A stretch of DNA of 64,000 nucleotides from an uncultured bacterium (GCA_903831815.1 CAIKZC010000005.1:69-64068), one strand, 5' to 3'. Counted from the first letter of the stretch, positions 30,407 to 40,409 are shown. Translations and numbers: made by a program. Notes: generated from the sequence alone by a model not told the origin.

Positions 30407-31330
30407 ATGGCAAATCGTCACCTCGCTCGTTCCACAGTTCTCCAAGCTCTCTTTGAGTGGGACTTTAGTAACAGAAAAAACGACGAAGCGGTGGCGGTTT
30501 TGCGTCGTGACTCGGCTGAGTTTGCACCAAACGCCGGTGATCCTTCTTTCATGGAAAAACTCCTTGAAGGTGTGATTGCCAAACGTAAAGATATTGATTC
30601 TATTATTGAAAAGGCGGCACCGGATTGGCCGATTGAAAAGATCTCTATAATTGATCGAAATATTTTGCGTATCGGTTTATATGAACTGCTTTTTTCGGCT
30701 CGTAACGAAGTGCCGGCGAAGGTGGCGATCAACGAGGCGATTGAATTGGCCAAGACGTACGGCGGCGATACATCAGGTCGGTTTGTAAACGGAGTTTTGG
30801 GTGCAGTTTACAAAGAACTTGGCGAGCCTGGCAAAGACGAAGTTTCCAAAAAGAAAACCAAGGAAATTCCGCGAGCCGAAATGCCGCTTGAACGTTTAGG
30901 TGGTGCTATTATTTACGCCAAGAATGGTTCTGATATATATGTCGCTTTGGTGCATGATGTGTTTGGACACTGGACACTTTCCAAAGGCAAAATCGGCGAT
31001 CGAGAGGAGATTAAAAACGAAAGCGTTGAGGAAGGCACGGTGCGAGAAATAAAAGAAGAACTTGGTTTGGATATTACCATACAAGAAAAACTTGGTGAAA
31101 ATGAATACATTGCTTGCGATCCGGAGAAAGGCAAGAAACGAAAACATGTTCATTATTTTTTGGCCGAGTCACCTTATGTGGAAATAACACCAGAGAAGAA
31201 AGGGGGACTTGATGACGCGAAATGGTTCAAGCTTGCCGATATACTTGACTTAAATTTTTATAATGATATTTTGCCTATTGTGACCAAATCGGTAGAACTA
31301 ATCTTAAAAAGAACAGGTAGAGATAAATAA
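30407..31330 (+). CDS. nusB: NusB antitermination factor fused to a C-terminal NUDIX hydrolase domain
   Basis: The N-terminal 150 aa match NusB (LQALFEWDF...DRNILRIGLYELLF...EAIELAKTYGG...RFVNGVLG). The C-terminal half carries the Nudix box GKIGDREEIKNESVEEGTVREIKEELGL (Gx5Ex7REUxEExGU). Confidence 0.8.
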   Translation: MANRHLARSTVLQALFEWDFSNRKNDEAVAVLRRDSAEFAPNAGDPSFMEKLLEGVIAKRKDIDSIIEKAAPDWPIEKISIIDRNILRIGLYELLFSARNEVPAKVAINEAIELAKTYGGDTSGRFVNGVLGAVYKELGEPGKDEVSKKKTKEIPRAEMPLERLGGAIIYAKNGSDIYVALVHDVFGHWTLSKGKIGDREEIKNESVEEGTVREIKEELGLDITIQEKLGENEYIACDPEKGKKRKHVHYFLAESPYVEITPEKKGGLDDAKWFKLADILDLNFYNDILPIVTKSVELILKRTGRDK

Positions 31331-31336
31331 ACTTTT

Positions 31337-32035
31337 ATGCTTAATACGATAGATTTCTCAAAATTCGAAAATTACGCCGGAACGACTTTTAAAAACAAAC
31401 AACTTTTGCGACATGCTTTCGTGCATCGCTCTTATTTAAATGAAAATAAATCTTCAGTACTGGAACACAACGAACGTTTGGAATTTTTAGGAGATGCCGT
31501 ATTGGAATTGGTTGTGACGGAATTCCTTTTTAAAAAATTTCCGACAAAACCGGAAGGTGAATTGACCGCTTATCGTTCGGCTTTGGTGAACGCTAACACG
31601 CTCGCGTCCGTCGCCGAAGGTATTCATGTTAATGATTTTTTGCTGCTTTCCAAAGGTGAGGCTAAAGATAAAGGACGCGCTCGACAAGTGATCATGGCTA
31701 ATGCCATGGAGTCTATTATTGGTGCAATCTTTTTGGATAGCGGATATGCGGCGGCGGAAAAATTTGTGGCGCAACACATTTTACTTTTGACCGAAAAAAT
31801 TATTGAACAAGGTAGTTTTATCGATTCAAAAAGTTTATTTCAGGAAAAAGCTCAGGAAAATACCGGAATCACGCCGGCTTACAAAACGCTCAAAGAGGAA
31901 GGTCCGGATCACAGCAAAATTTTTACTATAGGTGTTTATCTTGAAACGGAACTAGTTGTTCAGGGTCAAGGTAAATCTAAACAAGAGGCTGAACAAGATG
32001 CCGCTCAAAAGGCCTTGAAAATCAAAGGCTGGTAA
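31337..32035 (+). CDS. rnc: Ribonuclease III
   Basis: ERLEFLGDAVLELVVTEFLF catalytic signature and a C-terminal dsRBD (GPDHSKIFTIGVYL...). Confidence 0.92.
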   Translation: MLNTIDFSKFENYAGTTFKNKQLLRHAFVHRSYLNENKSSVLEHNERLEFLGDAVLELVVTEFLFKKFPTKPEGELTAYRSALVNANTLASVAEGIHVNDFLLLSKGEAKDKGRARQVIMANAMESIIGAIFLDSGYAAAEKFVAQHILLLTEKIIEQGSFIDSKSLFQEKAQENTGITPAYKTLKEEGPDHSKIFTIGVYLETELVVQGQGKSKQEAEQDAAQKALKIKGW

Positions 32036-32130
32036 GGGTATTTTGGAATTAATTCTATACAACACTTCTCACTTGAAAAAGGCTTGAGGAGGTTTATAAT
32101 TACCTTAATTACCAAATAACTGAAATTCGT

Positions 32131-32703
32131 ATGAGTGAAAACAAGAACACGAGTGGGGGAAATGCAGAGGTGAGTCAGGGGTTGGCTGAAAATGTTTGGA
32201 CGGTCGGTGCCGTAATGTTGGTCGTCGGTTTGGTTGGAGGATTTTTTATCGGAAGATATTGGCAGACTGTAAAGCCATTGGTTGATAGCGATCAGGTAAA
32301 TGTTGCGACTAGCACGGAATCGACGTCTTCTTCTTTGACTTCGTCCGGTGCAGTGTTTGCGCCGACAAATACTTACAAAACTATCAATTCATCTTCATCC
32401 GTTTCGGTTGATGACCAACGTGCCGGTAGCTTGGTTTTTATCAAGCATGCGGAAGTTTCGGAACCGACATGGATCACGATTCGGGAAATTGTTGACGGCT
32501 CGATAGGAAATATCCTTGGTGCGGAAATGGTAACTAGTCCGACGGACGATGTACCCGTAACGTTACTTCGAGCGACGGTTGCCGGAAAGAAATACGCGAT
32601 CTTTCTCTATCAGGATGACGGCAATGGTCAGTTTGATTTCAAAAAGGATTTTCTCGTGATGCAAGGTCAAGCACCTGTAGCCGCTATGTTTACCGCAGAA
32701 TAA
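32131..32703 (+). CDS. Hypothetical membrane-anchored protein
   Basis: 190 aa with one TM segment after a short N-terminus and a Ser/Thr-rich linker. Confidence 0.5.
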   Translation: MSENKNTSGGNAEVSQGLAENVWTVGAVMLVVGLVGGFFIGRYWQTVKPLVDSDQVNVATSTESTSSSLTSSGAVFAPTNTYKTINSSSSVSVDDQRAGSLVFIKHAEVSEPTWITIREIVDGSIGNILGAEMVTSPTDDVPVTLLRATVAGKKYAIFLYQDDGNGQFDFKKDFLVMQGQAPVAAMFTAE

Positions 32704-32711
32704 GTGTATAT

Positions 32712-32820
32712 AAAATAAAAAATGTCGATTTCCGAGTGCCTTGCGCAGGCCGACGGGCCGAGCGGAGCAATCCGCCAGCAGGCGGATATGCGTGCATCTC
32801 GGAAACGACTTTTTTATTTT
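32712..32820 (+). repeat. Palindromic intergenic element, copy 6 (GC-stem subfamily)
   Basis: Outer arms AAAATAAAAAATGTCGATTTCCGAG / CTCGGAAACGACTTTTTTATTTT. The core reverse complement contains ATCCGCC-TGCT-GGCGGAT and GGCC-CGTC-GGCC, with the same loops and different stems as in other copies. Confidence 0.8.
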
Positions 32821-32836
32821 ATGCTATATTTAATGT

Positions 32837-35218
32837 ATGTATCTAAAGCGACTGGAGATCAACGGTTTTAAATCGTTCGCCAAAAAAAGCGAATTGGATT
32901 TCAAGACGCCGATTACTTCTATTGTTGGGCCGAATGGTTCGGGCAAGTCTAACGTGGCTGAAGCATTTCGATTTGTGTTGGGTGAGCAATCCATAAAATC
33001 TTTGCGTGGGAAGAAAGGCGAGGATTTGATTTTTAATGGATCGGTGGAGACGCCGCGCGCCAATCGCGCCGCGGTCAAAGTCGTGTTCGACAACGCGCGG
33101 CGTATTTTCAACATAGACTTTGATGAAGTTACACTTGAACGTATCGTGCACCGCGATGGTGTCAATCAATATTTTGTGAACGGCAGTCAGGTGCTACTGA
33201 GGGATATTGTGGAATTGCTTGCGCAGGCGCATATTGGAGCGTCCGGTCATCATATTATTTCGCAGGGAGAGGCAGATAGGGTCTTGAGTGCCAACCCGAA
33301 GGAAAGGCGAGAGATGATCGAGGACGCGCTGGGACTCAAGATCTATCAATATAAGAGACTGGAGAGCGAGCGAAAATTAATTAAAACCGAAGAAAATATT
33401 GCGCAAGTTGAAGGCTTGCGTCGAGAAATTGCGCCTCACATAAAATTTCTAAAAAAGCAGGTGGAGAAAGTGGAAAAAGCTGTCGAGCTCAAGGAACAGC
33501 TTACTCTCCTATATAAGGAGTACTTCAAGCGAGAGGAAATGTATTTGGCGTACCACAAAGGCAAAATCGAAGAGGAGAAACGGGAGCCGGCGCACGAACT
33601 GGCGAAACTCGAGAAAGAATTACAGAGCGCCAAAAAAGTTTTGGAAGATTCGGCCAGCGAAAATAAAAAACAATTCGAGATTGTTGATCTTGAAGGTAAA
33701 CTTAAAGGTGCTCGAACGCAATACGAAAACTTGAGTCGCGATAGTGGTCGCATTGAAGGTGAAATTTCTTCACTTGAACGTATGATTGCCCGCAAGGAAG
33801 AATTAGCCAAGGTTGATGAACATAAAACAGTATTGCTTCGAGAGGTTGAGGATACGGTCAAAGAAGCAATTTCCGAAACAGCCAATGTCGATCAAATTTC
33901 CGATTTAGAAAAGTTGCACACGATCATCAAAAAGATCACTGCCACTTTTTCCACTTTCATTTCCAAACATCGCGGAGAGACGCAAGTTAAAACGACGGAG
34001 GAAAAACAGGAAATTGAAAAACTTCAAAAGGAAAAGAAAACTTTGGAAAAACAGATCGCCGAAATCCGCGCGACCGAGAATTCACTGAATGAGCGCTATT
34101 TGGTTTTGAAACAGCAAATCGAGAAAGAAAAAGATTCAAGTCGCGATGCCGAGCGAGCTGTTTTCACAATCATGACTCGTCAGAACGAATTGCGAAGTAT
34201 TCTCAGTAATATAGCTGTTCGTGCCGAAAAGATTGAAATGGAAGAGCAAAATTTCAAACGCGAACTCGGCGAAGGTTCATCTATCGTCGGCCGCGATATT
34301 TTGGATTTTAAAAACTATGTCATTTCATATAAAAAAGGTGCTGATAAATCCGTAGGAGAAATCATTTCTGGTGATATTCCAGTAGACGGAAATATTTCTG
34401 GTGATGCTGTAGATGATGTTGCTTTTGTTGTTTCTGAACCTCGACAAGCGCAAGAAGATCGACGACGGACGATTTCTCGTATGCAGATTCGTTTGGAAGA
34501 AGCCGGAGCGGGTAATAGCGAAGAAGTATTAAAAGAATATCGTGAGACCAACGAGCGCGACATTTTCTTGATTCGCGAAATAGAAGATTTGCAAAAGTCG
34601 GCGGGAGATTTGAAAAACTTAATAAAAGATTTAACCGAACGTCTAAATACAGAATTTAAAACTGGTGTCGCTAAAATCAATACGCAATTCAGTGAATTTT
34701 TCAAACTGATGTTTGGTGGTGGTGTCGCTACACTCGAAATTGTACGCGAAGAGAAAAAGAAAAATAAAAATGTTGGAGACGAAGATATGGATGAGATGTC
34801 TAAAATATCGGCGATGGCAGAATCAGAAAATGCCGAATCTGAAAATGAACAAAAAGAACCAGAAGAGGGAATTGATGTGCATGTGGCACTACCTAACAAA
34901 AAAACCAAAGGTTTAATGATGCTTTCTGGTGGCGAGCGAGCGCTCACTTCCATTGCCCTTTTGTTTGCCATTTCGCAAGTTAATCCGCCTCCTTTTATTA
35001 TCCTCGACGAGACCGACGCCGCGCTCGATGAAGCCAATTCCCGAAAATACGGCGATATGATTGCCAATTTGGCCAAGTATTCTCAGCTGATATTAATCAC
35101 TCACAATCGCGAAACCATGTCTCGCGCAGGTGTCCTTTATGGTGTCACTATGGGCTCTGGTGGTGTCTCCAAACTTCTTTCAATCCAATTTGACGAAGCT
35201 GTTCAAGTGGCAAAATAA
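32837..35218 (+). CDS. smc: SMC-family chromosome segregation ATPase (short coiled-coil form)
   Basis: N-terminal Walker A (VGPNGSGKSN) in the canonical SMC head context. C-terminal signature LSGGERALTSIALLFA and Walker B FIILDETDAALD. 793 aa. Confidence 0.8.
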   Translation: MYLKRLEINGFKSFAKKSELDFKTPITSIVGPNGSGKSNVAEAFRFVLGEQSIKSLRGKKGEDLIFNGSVETPRANRAAVKVVFDNARRIFNIDFDEVTLERIVHRDGVNQYFVNGSQVLLRDIVELLAQAHIGASGHHIISQGEADRVLSANPKERREMIEDALGLKIYQYKRLESERKLIKTEENIAQVEGLRREIAPHIKFLKKQVEKVEKAVELKEQLTLLYKEYFKREEMYLAYHKGKIEEEKREPAHELAKLEKELQSAKKVLEDSASENKKQFEIVDLEGKLKGARTQYENLSRDSGRIEGEISSLERMIARKEELAKVDEHKTVLLREVEDTVKEAISETANVDQISDLEKLHTIIKKITATFSTFISKHRGETQVKTTEEKQEIEKLQKEKKTLEKQIAEIRATENSLNERYLVLKQQIEKEKDSSRDAERAVFTIMTRQNELRSILSNIAVRAEKIEMEEQNFKRELGEGSSIVGRDILDFKNYVISYKKGADKSVGEIISGDIPVDGNISGDAVDDVAFVVSEPRQAQEDRRRTISRMQIRLEEAGAGNSEEVLKEYRETNERDIFLIREIEDLQKSAGDLKNLIKDLTERLNTEFKTGVAKINTQFSEFFKLMFGGGVATLEIVREEKKKNKNVGDEDMDEMSKISAMAESENAESENEQKEPEEGIDVHVALPNKKTKGLMMLSGGERALTSIALLFAISQVNPPPFIILDETDAALDEANSRKYGDMIANLAKYSQLILITHNRETMSRAGVLYGVTMGSGGVSKLLSIQFDEAVQVAK

Positions 35219-35231
35219 TTTTGCCATCTTT

Positions 35232-37271
35232 TTAAACTAATTCACAATCGATCGTTTTGCGGTCTAGGTCGGTTTTAGTGATCTTGAATTTTACTTTATC
35301 CCCGAGAGTGTAACGTTTTTTGGTTTTGCGGCCGACAAGAGCATATTGTTTTTCTTGAAGTTCATAATAGTCATCGGAAAGAGCGCGAACACTGACCATA
35401 CCTTCGGCTTTGGTCTCGTCGTCTTCAACATAGACACCCCATTCGGTGACGCCAGTAATGGTGCCTTGCAGAAGTTTGCCGATTTTGTCACTCATAAATT
35501 CGACTTGTTTGTATTTTATGGATGAACGCTCGGCGTCGGCGGCGGCGATTTCTTTTTCAGTGATGTGAACAGCGGTGCGTTGATAGTTAGCAAGTTCGTT
35601 CGGATCAATTTTGGTGCCGTCGAGATGACTTTCGAGCAGGCGGTGTACAAGCAAGTCGGCGTAACGACGAATTGGGGAAGTGAAATGCGTATAATATTTA
35701 AAAGCCAAACCGAAATGACCGATATTTCTGGTCGAATAAATCGCTTTGGCCATCGAGCGAATAGCGGCAGTTTTGATGAGAGATTCTTGGGTTGTGCCGG
35801 TAACTTGCTTGAGTAATTTGCTGATATCGTCAGCGGTGATTTTACTGCCGTGAGGCATATGAAAACCGAGCGCTCGAGCAAATACGGAAAGGTTGGCGAG
35901 ACGGTCTTGATCAGGCAAATCGTGAATACGATAAATGAAAACAGGATCGTGACCGATTTTTTTGGCGACATGTTTATCGATGAATTCGGCCACTTCGCGG
36001 TTGGCCAGCAACATATATTCCTCGACCAGTTTGTGGGTATCTAGTCGTTCTTTTTTAAAAACGCGAAGTGGCTTGCCGTCTTTGTCTAGTTCAAATTTAA
36101 CTTCCTCTGATTCAAAATCAATAGCACCGGCCGCGAACTTTTTGGTTTGCAAAATTTTGGCGATTTTGTTTAGGGTGGTGAGAGGCGTGGCGAACAATTG
36201 CGCAGCCGCCGGCGTATTTCCAACCTGGTCTTTTTTATTATTTCCACTTTTTGGACTACCCTTGTGACCATCCAGAATATCTTGCGCACCCTCATAGCTG
36301 AAACGATTATTGGAATTGATAACGGTTTTGCCAAACCAGCGTTTGTGAATTTTTGCGTTTGCATCAATTTCAAAGATGGCGGAGAAGGCGAGTTTGTCTT
36401 CGTTGGGATTTAGACTGCAGAGGTCGTTGGAGAGAATTTCCGGCAACATTGGAATAGTGCGGTCAACTAAATAAACGGAAAAGCCGCGATTTTTCGCTTC
36501 TTCATCAAGTGCTGTTCCAGGACGCACATAATGTGAGACATCGGCAATGTGCACGCCGATCTCATACATTTTTACGCCGTTTTGTTCACCAAGTTCTTTG
36601 AAAGAAATAGCATCATCAAAGTCTTTAGCGTCAGCCGGGTCAATGGTGCAGGTGAGGGTATTACGCAAGTCTTTGCGTTTTGCGATATCGGATTGCGGAA
36701 TCGGTTTCTCGCGTTTTTCGATTGCGGCCGCTTCCTGCTCAACTTTTTCCGGATATTTTGATTCGAAACCTTTATCCAAAATAATGGATTGCATTTCAGC
36801 TTCGTGATCACCTTTTTTTCCGAGCAAGACGAGAATTTTTCCTTCCGGATCTCGGGTTGGATCGGTCCAATTAATGATTTGAACGAGAGCTTTGTTGCCG
36901 TCTAGATCCGCTGAAGTTTTGTCAGAGGGGGATTCGGTCACAACAATATTTTTATACATTTTTCGATTGTCCGGAATGAGGATCGGTTTCGGGCCGCTCG
37001 CATTCAGAACACCAACGAAAGTGCGCTTGGACTGTTTGAGTATTTTTGTCACCTCGCCCTGCTCGCGGCCCTTAATTTTCCCCGGCAAAATCTTAATTTC
37101 CACTTCATCTTTATCCAGTGCCAAATGTAACTTTTCATTCTGTATTTCAATATCTTCCTCGCGACCTGCCACTTCCAAAAAGCCGATACCTTTGGAATTG
37201 ATGTCAATAATACCTATATAGGCATTTTTCTCGTGTTTTTGGGGTTTTTGAGGCCCTTTTTTGTTATGCAT
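35232..37271 (-). CDS. rnr: Ribonuclease R / RNase II family 3'-5' exoribonuclease
   Basis: RNB catalytic block (HIADVSHYV...LVDRTIPMLPE...LCSL) and a C-terminal S1 domain. Leaderless-type start. Confidence 0.88.
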   Translation of the reverse strand: MHNKKGPQKPQKHEKNAYIGIIDINSKGIGFLEVAGREEDIEIQNEKLHLALDKDEVEIKILPGKIKGREQGEVTKILKQSKRTFVGVLNASGPKPILIPDNRKMYKNIVVTESPSDKTSADLDGNKALVQIINWTDPTRDPEGKILVLLGKKGDHEAEMQSIILDKGFESKYPEKVEQEAAAIEKREKPIPQSDIAKRKDLRNTLTCTIDPADAKDFDDAISFKELGEQNGVKMYEIGVHIADVSHYVRPGTALDEEAKNRGFSVYLVDRTIPMLPEILSNDLCSLNPNEDKLAFSAIFEIDANAKIHKRWFGKTVINSNNRFSYEGAQDILDGHKGSPKSGNNKKDQVGNTPAAAQLFATPLTTLNKIAKILQTKKFAAGAIDFESEEVKFELDKDGKPLRVFKKERLDTHKLVEEYMLLANREVAEFIDKHVAKKIGHDPVFIYRIHDLPDQDRLANLSVFARALGFHMPHGSKITADDISKLLKQVTGTTQESLIKTAAIRSMAKAIYSTRNIGHFGLAFKYYTHFTSPIRRYADLLVHRLLESHLDGTKIDPNELANYQRTAVHITEKEIAAADAERSSIKYKQVEFMSDKIGKLLQGTITGVTEWGVYVEDDETKAEGMVSVRALSDDYYELQEKQYALVGRKTKKRYTLGDKVKFKITKTDLDRKTIDCELV

Positions 37272-37299
37272 AGTTCACACTATACCAGAAAACTGTCAA

Positions 37300-37640
37300 A
37301 TCGCGAATTTTAAATAAAAAAACTGCCGACGATTTCATCGTCGGCAGTGAGGAAAGATGTGCGATACTCCTGAGGTTGTGTTAACGGAGTCACCGTATAG
37401 ACACAAGGTCAACTTCCAGATCGGTGGTATTCCATTTGTGACTGCCTGTGTTGCCGGAACAACAAGGTCTGCGTCTCCCACTCTATACTGCGAGCAAAGG
37501 AAGTTCCTCCAGTGGTTTACGGGACCACTAACTGCTTTGGGAAGCAGAAATGAAGCCAGCTGTAGGGATTCGAACCCCAATCACCAGGTTCTCATATAGA
37601 TGAGTCCTGAGCTTACCTATCTGTTTTCGCACTTTCCCTC
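37300..37640 (-). ncRNA. Candidate structured RNA with a tRNA-like T-arm near its 5' end (possibly a permuted or atypical tmRNA; identity unresolved)
   Basis: GC-rich about 340-nt interval with no credible ORF. Minus-strand terminator CTGCCGACGATGAAATCGTCGGCAG followed by T7 at 37311-37346. The minus strand reads TGGGG-TTCGAAT-CCCTA (a perfect T-arm consensus) followed by CAGCTGG-C at about 37555-37580. A candidate -35 TTGACA lies upstream, at about 37665. Confidence 0.45.
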
Positions 37641-37742
37641 TTTATCCAAATTAACCCTAGCAATTGAGGTAAATTTTGTCAAAAGATTCGCCAGTCATTG
37701 GCCACATTGACCAATTTGCCGGTATCTGTTAGTATCTTTCTT

Positions 37743-38114
37743 ATGTTAAAAATTAGATTACAACGAACAGGACGCAACCAAGAAAAGACTTTTCGTCTCG
37801 TCTTGACCGAATCAAAAAACTCCACCAAGAGTGGTAAGTTTTTGGAGATACTCGGCAACCATGATTTCCGTGTAAAAGACGGCACCAAGTTCAACAAAGA
37901 GCGTATTTTGTACTGGATGTCACAAGGTGTTAAACCAACTCCAACCGTTCACAACCTCTTGATTACTGAAAAAATTATTTCTGGCAAAAAAATCAACGTT
38001 CTCCCAAAGAAAACTGTACCTAAGAAAGAGGAAGTTGCAGCCGAAGCTCCTAAGGCCGAAAAAGCTGAAAAAACCGAAGCGAAATCTGAAGAAAAAGAAG
38101 CTCCTAAAGCGTAA
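37743..38114 (+). CDS. rpsP: 30S ribosomal protein S16 with a Lys/Glu/Ala-rich C-terminal tail
   Basis: MLKIRLQRTGRNQEKTFRLVL is the S16 N-terminus. Promoter TTGACC-17-TAGTAT with only 7 nt to the ATG (leaderless). Confidence 0.88.
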   Translation: MLKIRLQRTGRNQEKTFRLVLTESKNSTKSGKFLEILGNHDFRVKDGTKFNKERILYWMSQGVKPTPTVHNLLITEKIISGKKINVLPKKTVPKKEEVAAEAPKAEKAEKTEAKSEEKEAPKA

Positions 38115-38224
38115 TAACTCTTCTCTCTGTGGATAACCGATTGTGGGATGTTTTCGGTATGATACAATATATGTAGCAGTACCTTCGTAGCACTGCAAGA
38201 CTTACAAGTTAAGAATTACTCAAT

Positions 38225-38563
38225 ATGAATGAGATGGACAATCAGTTTCTAGAGTTTGTAGTGAAGGCTTTGGTGGACAATCCTAATGATGTAAAGATTA
38301 AAAGAACGGTCGACGAAATGGGAGTGCTTTTGACTCTCGATGTTAATGCCGCAGATATGGGTAAGGTGATTGGTCGCTCTGGCAATACTGCCAAGGCTAT
38401 TCGAACATTACTCCGAGTTGTCGGCATGAAGCACAATGCTCGAGTTAACCTCAAGATCAGTGAACCTGAAGGTGGCACTAAGGGACTCGGCGCTGCAGTT
38501 GGTCCAAATCCAAGTCCAGCTATGAAAACGGTGGACGAGGCGATGGCAGACCTAAAGTTGTAA
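38225..38563 (+). CDS. KH-domain RNA-binding protein (KhpA/YlqC-like)
   Basis: VIGRSGNTAKAIRTLL is a GxxG KH motif. Conserved position between rpsP and trmD. Confidence 0.75.
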   Translation: MNEMDNQFLEFVVKALVDNPNDVKIKRTVDEMGVLLTLDVNAADMGKVIGRSGNTAKAIRTLLRVVGMKHNARVNLKISEPEGGTKGLGAAVGPNPSPAMKTVDEAMADLKL

Positions 38564-38618
38564 AAAACTCAAATAGACAAGATGAAAAAACTGTGTTATC
38601 ATCAACACAGTTTTTTCA

Positions 38619-39335
38619 ATGATCAATTTTCACATCATAACTTTATTTCCGGAGTCTTTCAGCTCGTATTTAGGTGAGTCGATTTTGGCGCGCGCGCAAA
38701 AGCAAAAGAAAATTAATGTGAAATTTTATGACCCGCGCGATTTCGTGAAGCCGACCAAAAAGCAAGCCGGCAAAGACAAACCATATTTGCGAGTGGACGA
38801 TAGACCGTTTGGAGGTGGTCCAGGTATGGTCATGCAAGCTTTGCCTGTCATTAAAGCGATCGAGAAAGCTGTCGCGAATGCAAAACGAGCAGGCGCTTCT
38901 AAAACAAAAACTGGAACAAAATCCGCACCGAAAATTAAAATAGTTTTTCTTTCTCCATCCGGCAAGCAATTCGATACTCAGTACGCCAAAGAAACCGCGC
39001 AAAAATATCAGCATCTCGTCATCATTTGCGGACGATACGAAGGAATCGATGCTCGGGTCAAAAAAATATTCAAGACCGAAGATGTCTCGGTCGGTCCTTT
39101 CGTTTTGACCGGTGGGGAACTTGCGGCCATGATCATGATCGATTCTATTTCTCGACAGATCGAAGGAGTGCTTGGCGATTTTAATTCTCTTGAAGAGACA
39201 CGAGTAGCCTCGAGCGATGTTTATACCCGCCCGGAAATTCTGGTTTACAAGAAAAAGAAATACCAAGTGCCAAAAGTCTTGATTTCAGGCAATCATAAAG
39301 CCATAGAAGAGTGGCGCAGGGGTCAAAGTAAATAG
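38619..39335 (+). CDS. trmD: tRNA (guanine37-N1)-methyltransferase
   Basis: SPOUT/TrmD motifs: ITLFPE, DDRPFGGGPGMVM, ICGRYEGIDARV, LTGGELAAM. Confidence 0.9.
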   Translation: MINFHIITLFPESFSSYLGESILARAQKQKKINVKFYDPRDFVKPTKKQAGKDKPYLRVDDRPFGGGPGMVMQALPVIKAIEKAVANAKRAGASKTKTGTKSAPKIKIVFLSPSGKQFDTQYAKETAQKYQHLVIICGRYEGIDARVKKIFKTEDVSVGPFVLTGGELAAMIMIDSISRQIEGVLGDFNSLEETRVASSDVYTRPEILVYKKKKYQVPKVLISGNHKAIEEWRRGQSK

Positions 39336-39445
39336 CGAAGTTATCCACTTGCTTTGATTTTATGGTGTAGTAATATATAGGTCGGATGCGGACTATGGAC
39401 GGCCCGCAAAATCATGTCTCTTCTCAGAGAAGGTAGAGGTAGAAT

Positions 39446-39631
39446 ATGGGAGCGAAATGGGTAAGTTTCCACGTCGAAGGTCCAACTTTGGATCCAGCCG
39501 AGCGTGAACTTGAGGAAGTCCTCAGACGGACGAGCTCACCTGAGTACGATAATGCTCAATCGAGCGTGAAGGACAAAAAACCGCGAACGACCAAGAAGGT
39601 CAATAAGCGGGAACAGCTCGTTGCGGCGTGA
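39446..39631 (+). CDS. Small basic hypothetical protein, GC-rich mini-cassette F
   Basis: 61 aa. Promoter TTGCTT-16-TAATAT, about 65-nt leader, SD GAAGGTAGAGG, terminator GCGACGAG...CTCGCCGCGTTTTTTTT. Confidence 0.45.
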   Translation: MGAKWVSFHVEGPTLDPAERELEEVLRRTSSPEYDNAQSSVKDKKPRTTKKVNKREQLVAA

Positions 39632-39807
39632 GTTTTCACACCACCACGAACACAAACAAGAATCGCGACGAGTAGAGGACTCGCCGCGTTTTTTTTGTTT
39701 AGATAAATTTGCAATTATTAAAATTTGTGTTAATATATAGACAGAGCAGGTCAATGGATGACTTGCCATGTTGGGCTCTTTTAGAACAGGAATGTTGAGG
39801 CGTTGAT

Positions 39808-40050
39808 ATGGGTCGAGTAATCTTTATGGCGGAAACAGACGCGAGCGCTCCGTTTAATCGGAGGTCTTTGTTAAAAAGACCGCACGATTCGGTCGCAGTA
39901 TCCTCATCGAGACTTATTAGCGAATGTCCAAGTACGCGCAGGGATGTTGCCAAAAGTCTGACCAGATCGCTGTCCGGCTTTCCACCGCAAACGAACGGGA
40001 ATGCAAAACCTACTCTTCCAAGGGGAATGAAGCGACGGAAGCGGAGCTGA
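39808..40050 (+). CDS. Small basic hypothetical protein, GC-rich mini-cassette G
   Basis: 80 aa. Promoter TTTGCA-17-TAATAT, about 70-nt leader with resemblance to the F leader (AGGTC..ATGG..GACT..CATGT), terminator AGTGAG...CTCACTGCGGTTTCTTTTTT. Confidence 0.45.
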   Translation: MGRVIFMAETDASAPFNRRSLLKRPHDSVAVSSSRLISECPSTRRDVAKSLTRSLSGFPPQTNGNAKPTLPRGMKRRKRS

Positions 40051-40409
40051 AACAACGTTGATAGTTTAGAACTACCGTAGTGAGACAAAGGACTCACTGC
40101 GGTTTCTTTTTTATAAAATAGCCTAAAAATCCCCATTTTAATGACACTTTAACCTGTGGAAATCCTAATTAATACGCAGTATTACTAGGTGAATCCCTTG
40201 TGGATAAGAGGGTGATTGACAAATATTTCGTTTAGGTATACACTACCGCCACGTGTGCAAGATTTAGTTTTGGCTGGATCACACTGTTTTTAGATTGCGG
40301 CTAATAGAAAAGCAACCTTGCAAAAGCAGACTCGTTAAAATTATCAGAGAAAAATAGACCATCCCCGCACAGGTGGCCCATTTTTCGCGTTTTAATAAAT
40401 TATTAATAT

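Noticed and set aside
37300-37640. Standard one-piece tmRNA or an ordinary tRNA gene on the minus strand
   Set aside because: The T-arm is near the 5' end of the unit, no complementary 5' acceptor strand exists, no G3:U70-type Ala acceptor is present, and no obvious tag ORF ending in ...AA-stop was found. Only a permuted or novel tRNA-like RNA remains plausible.
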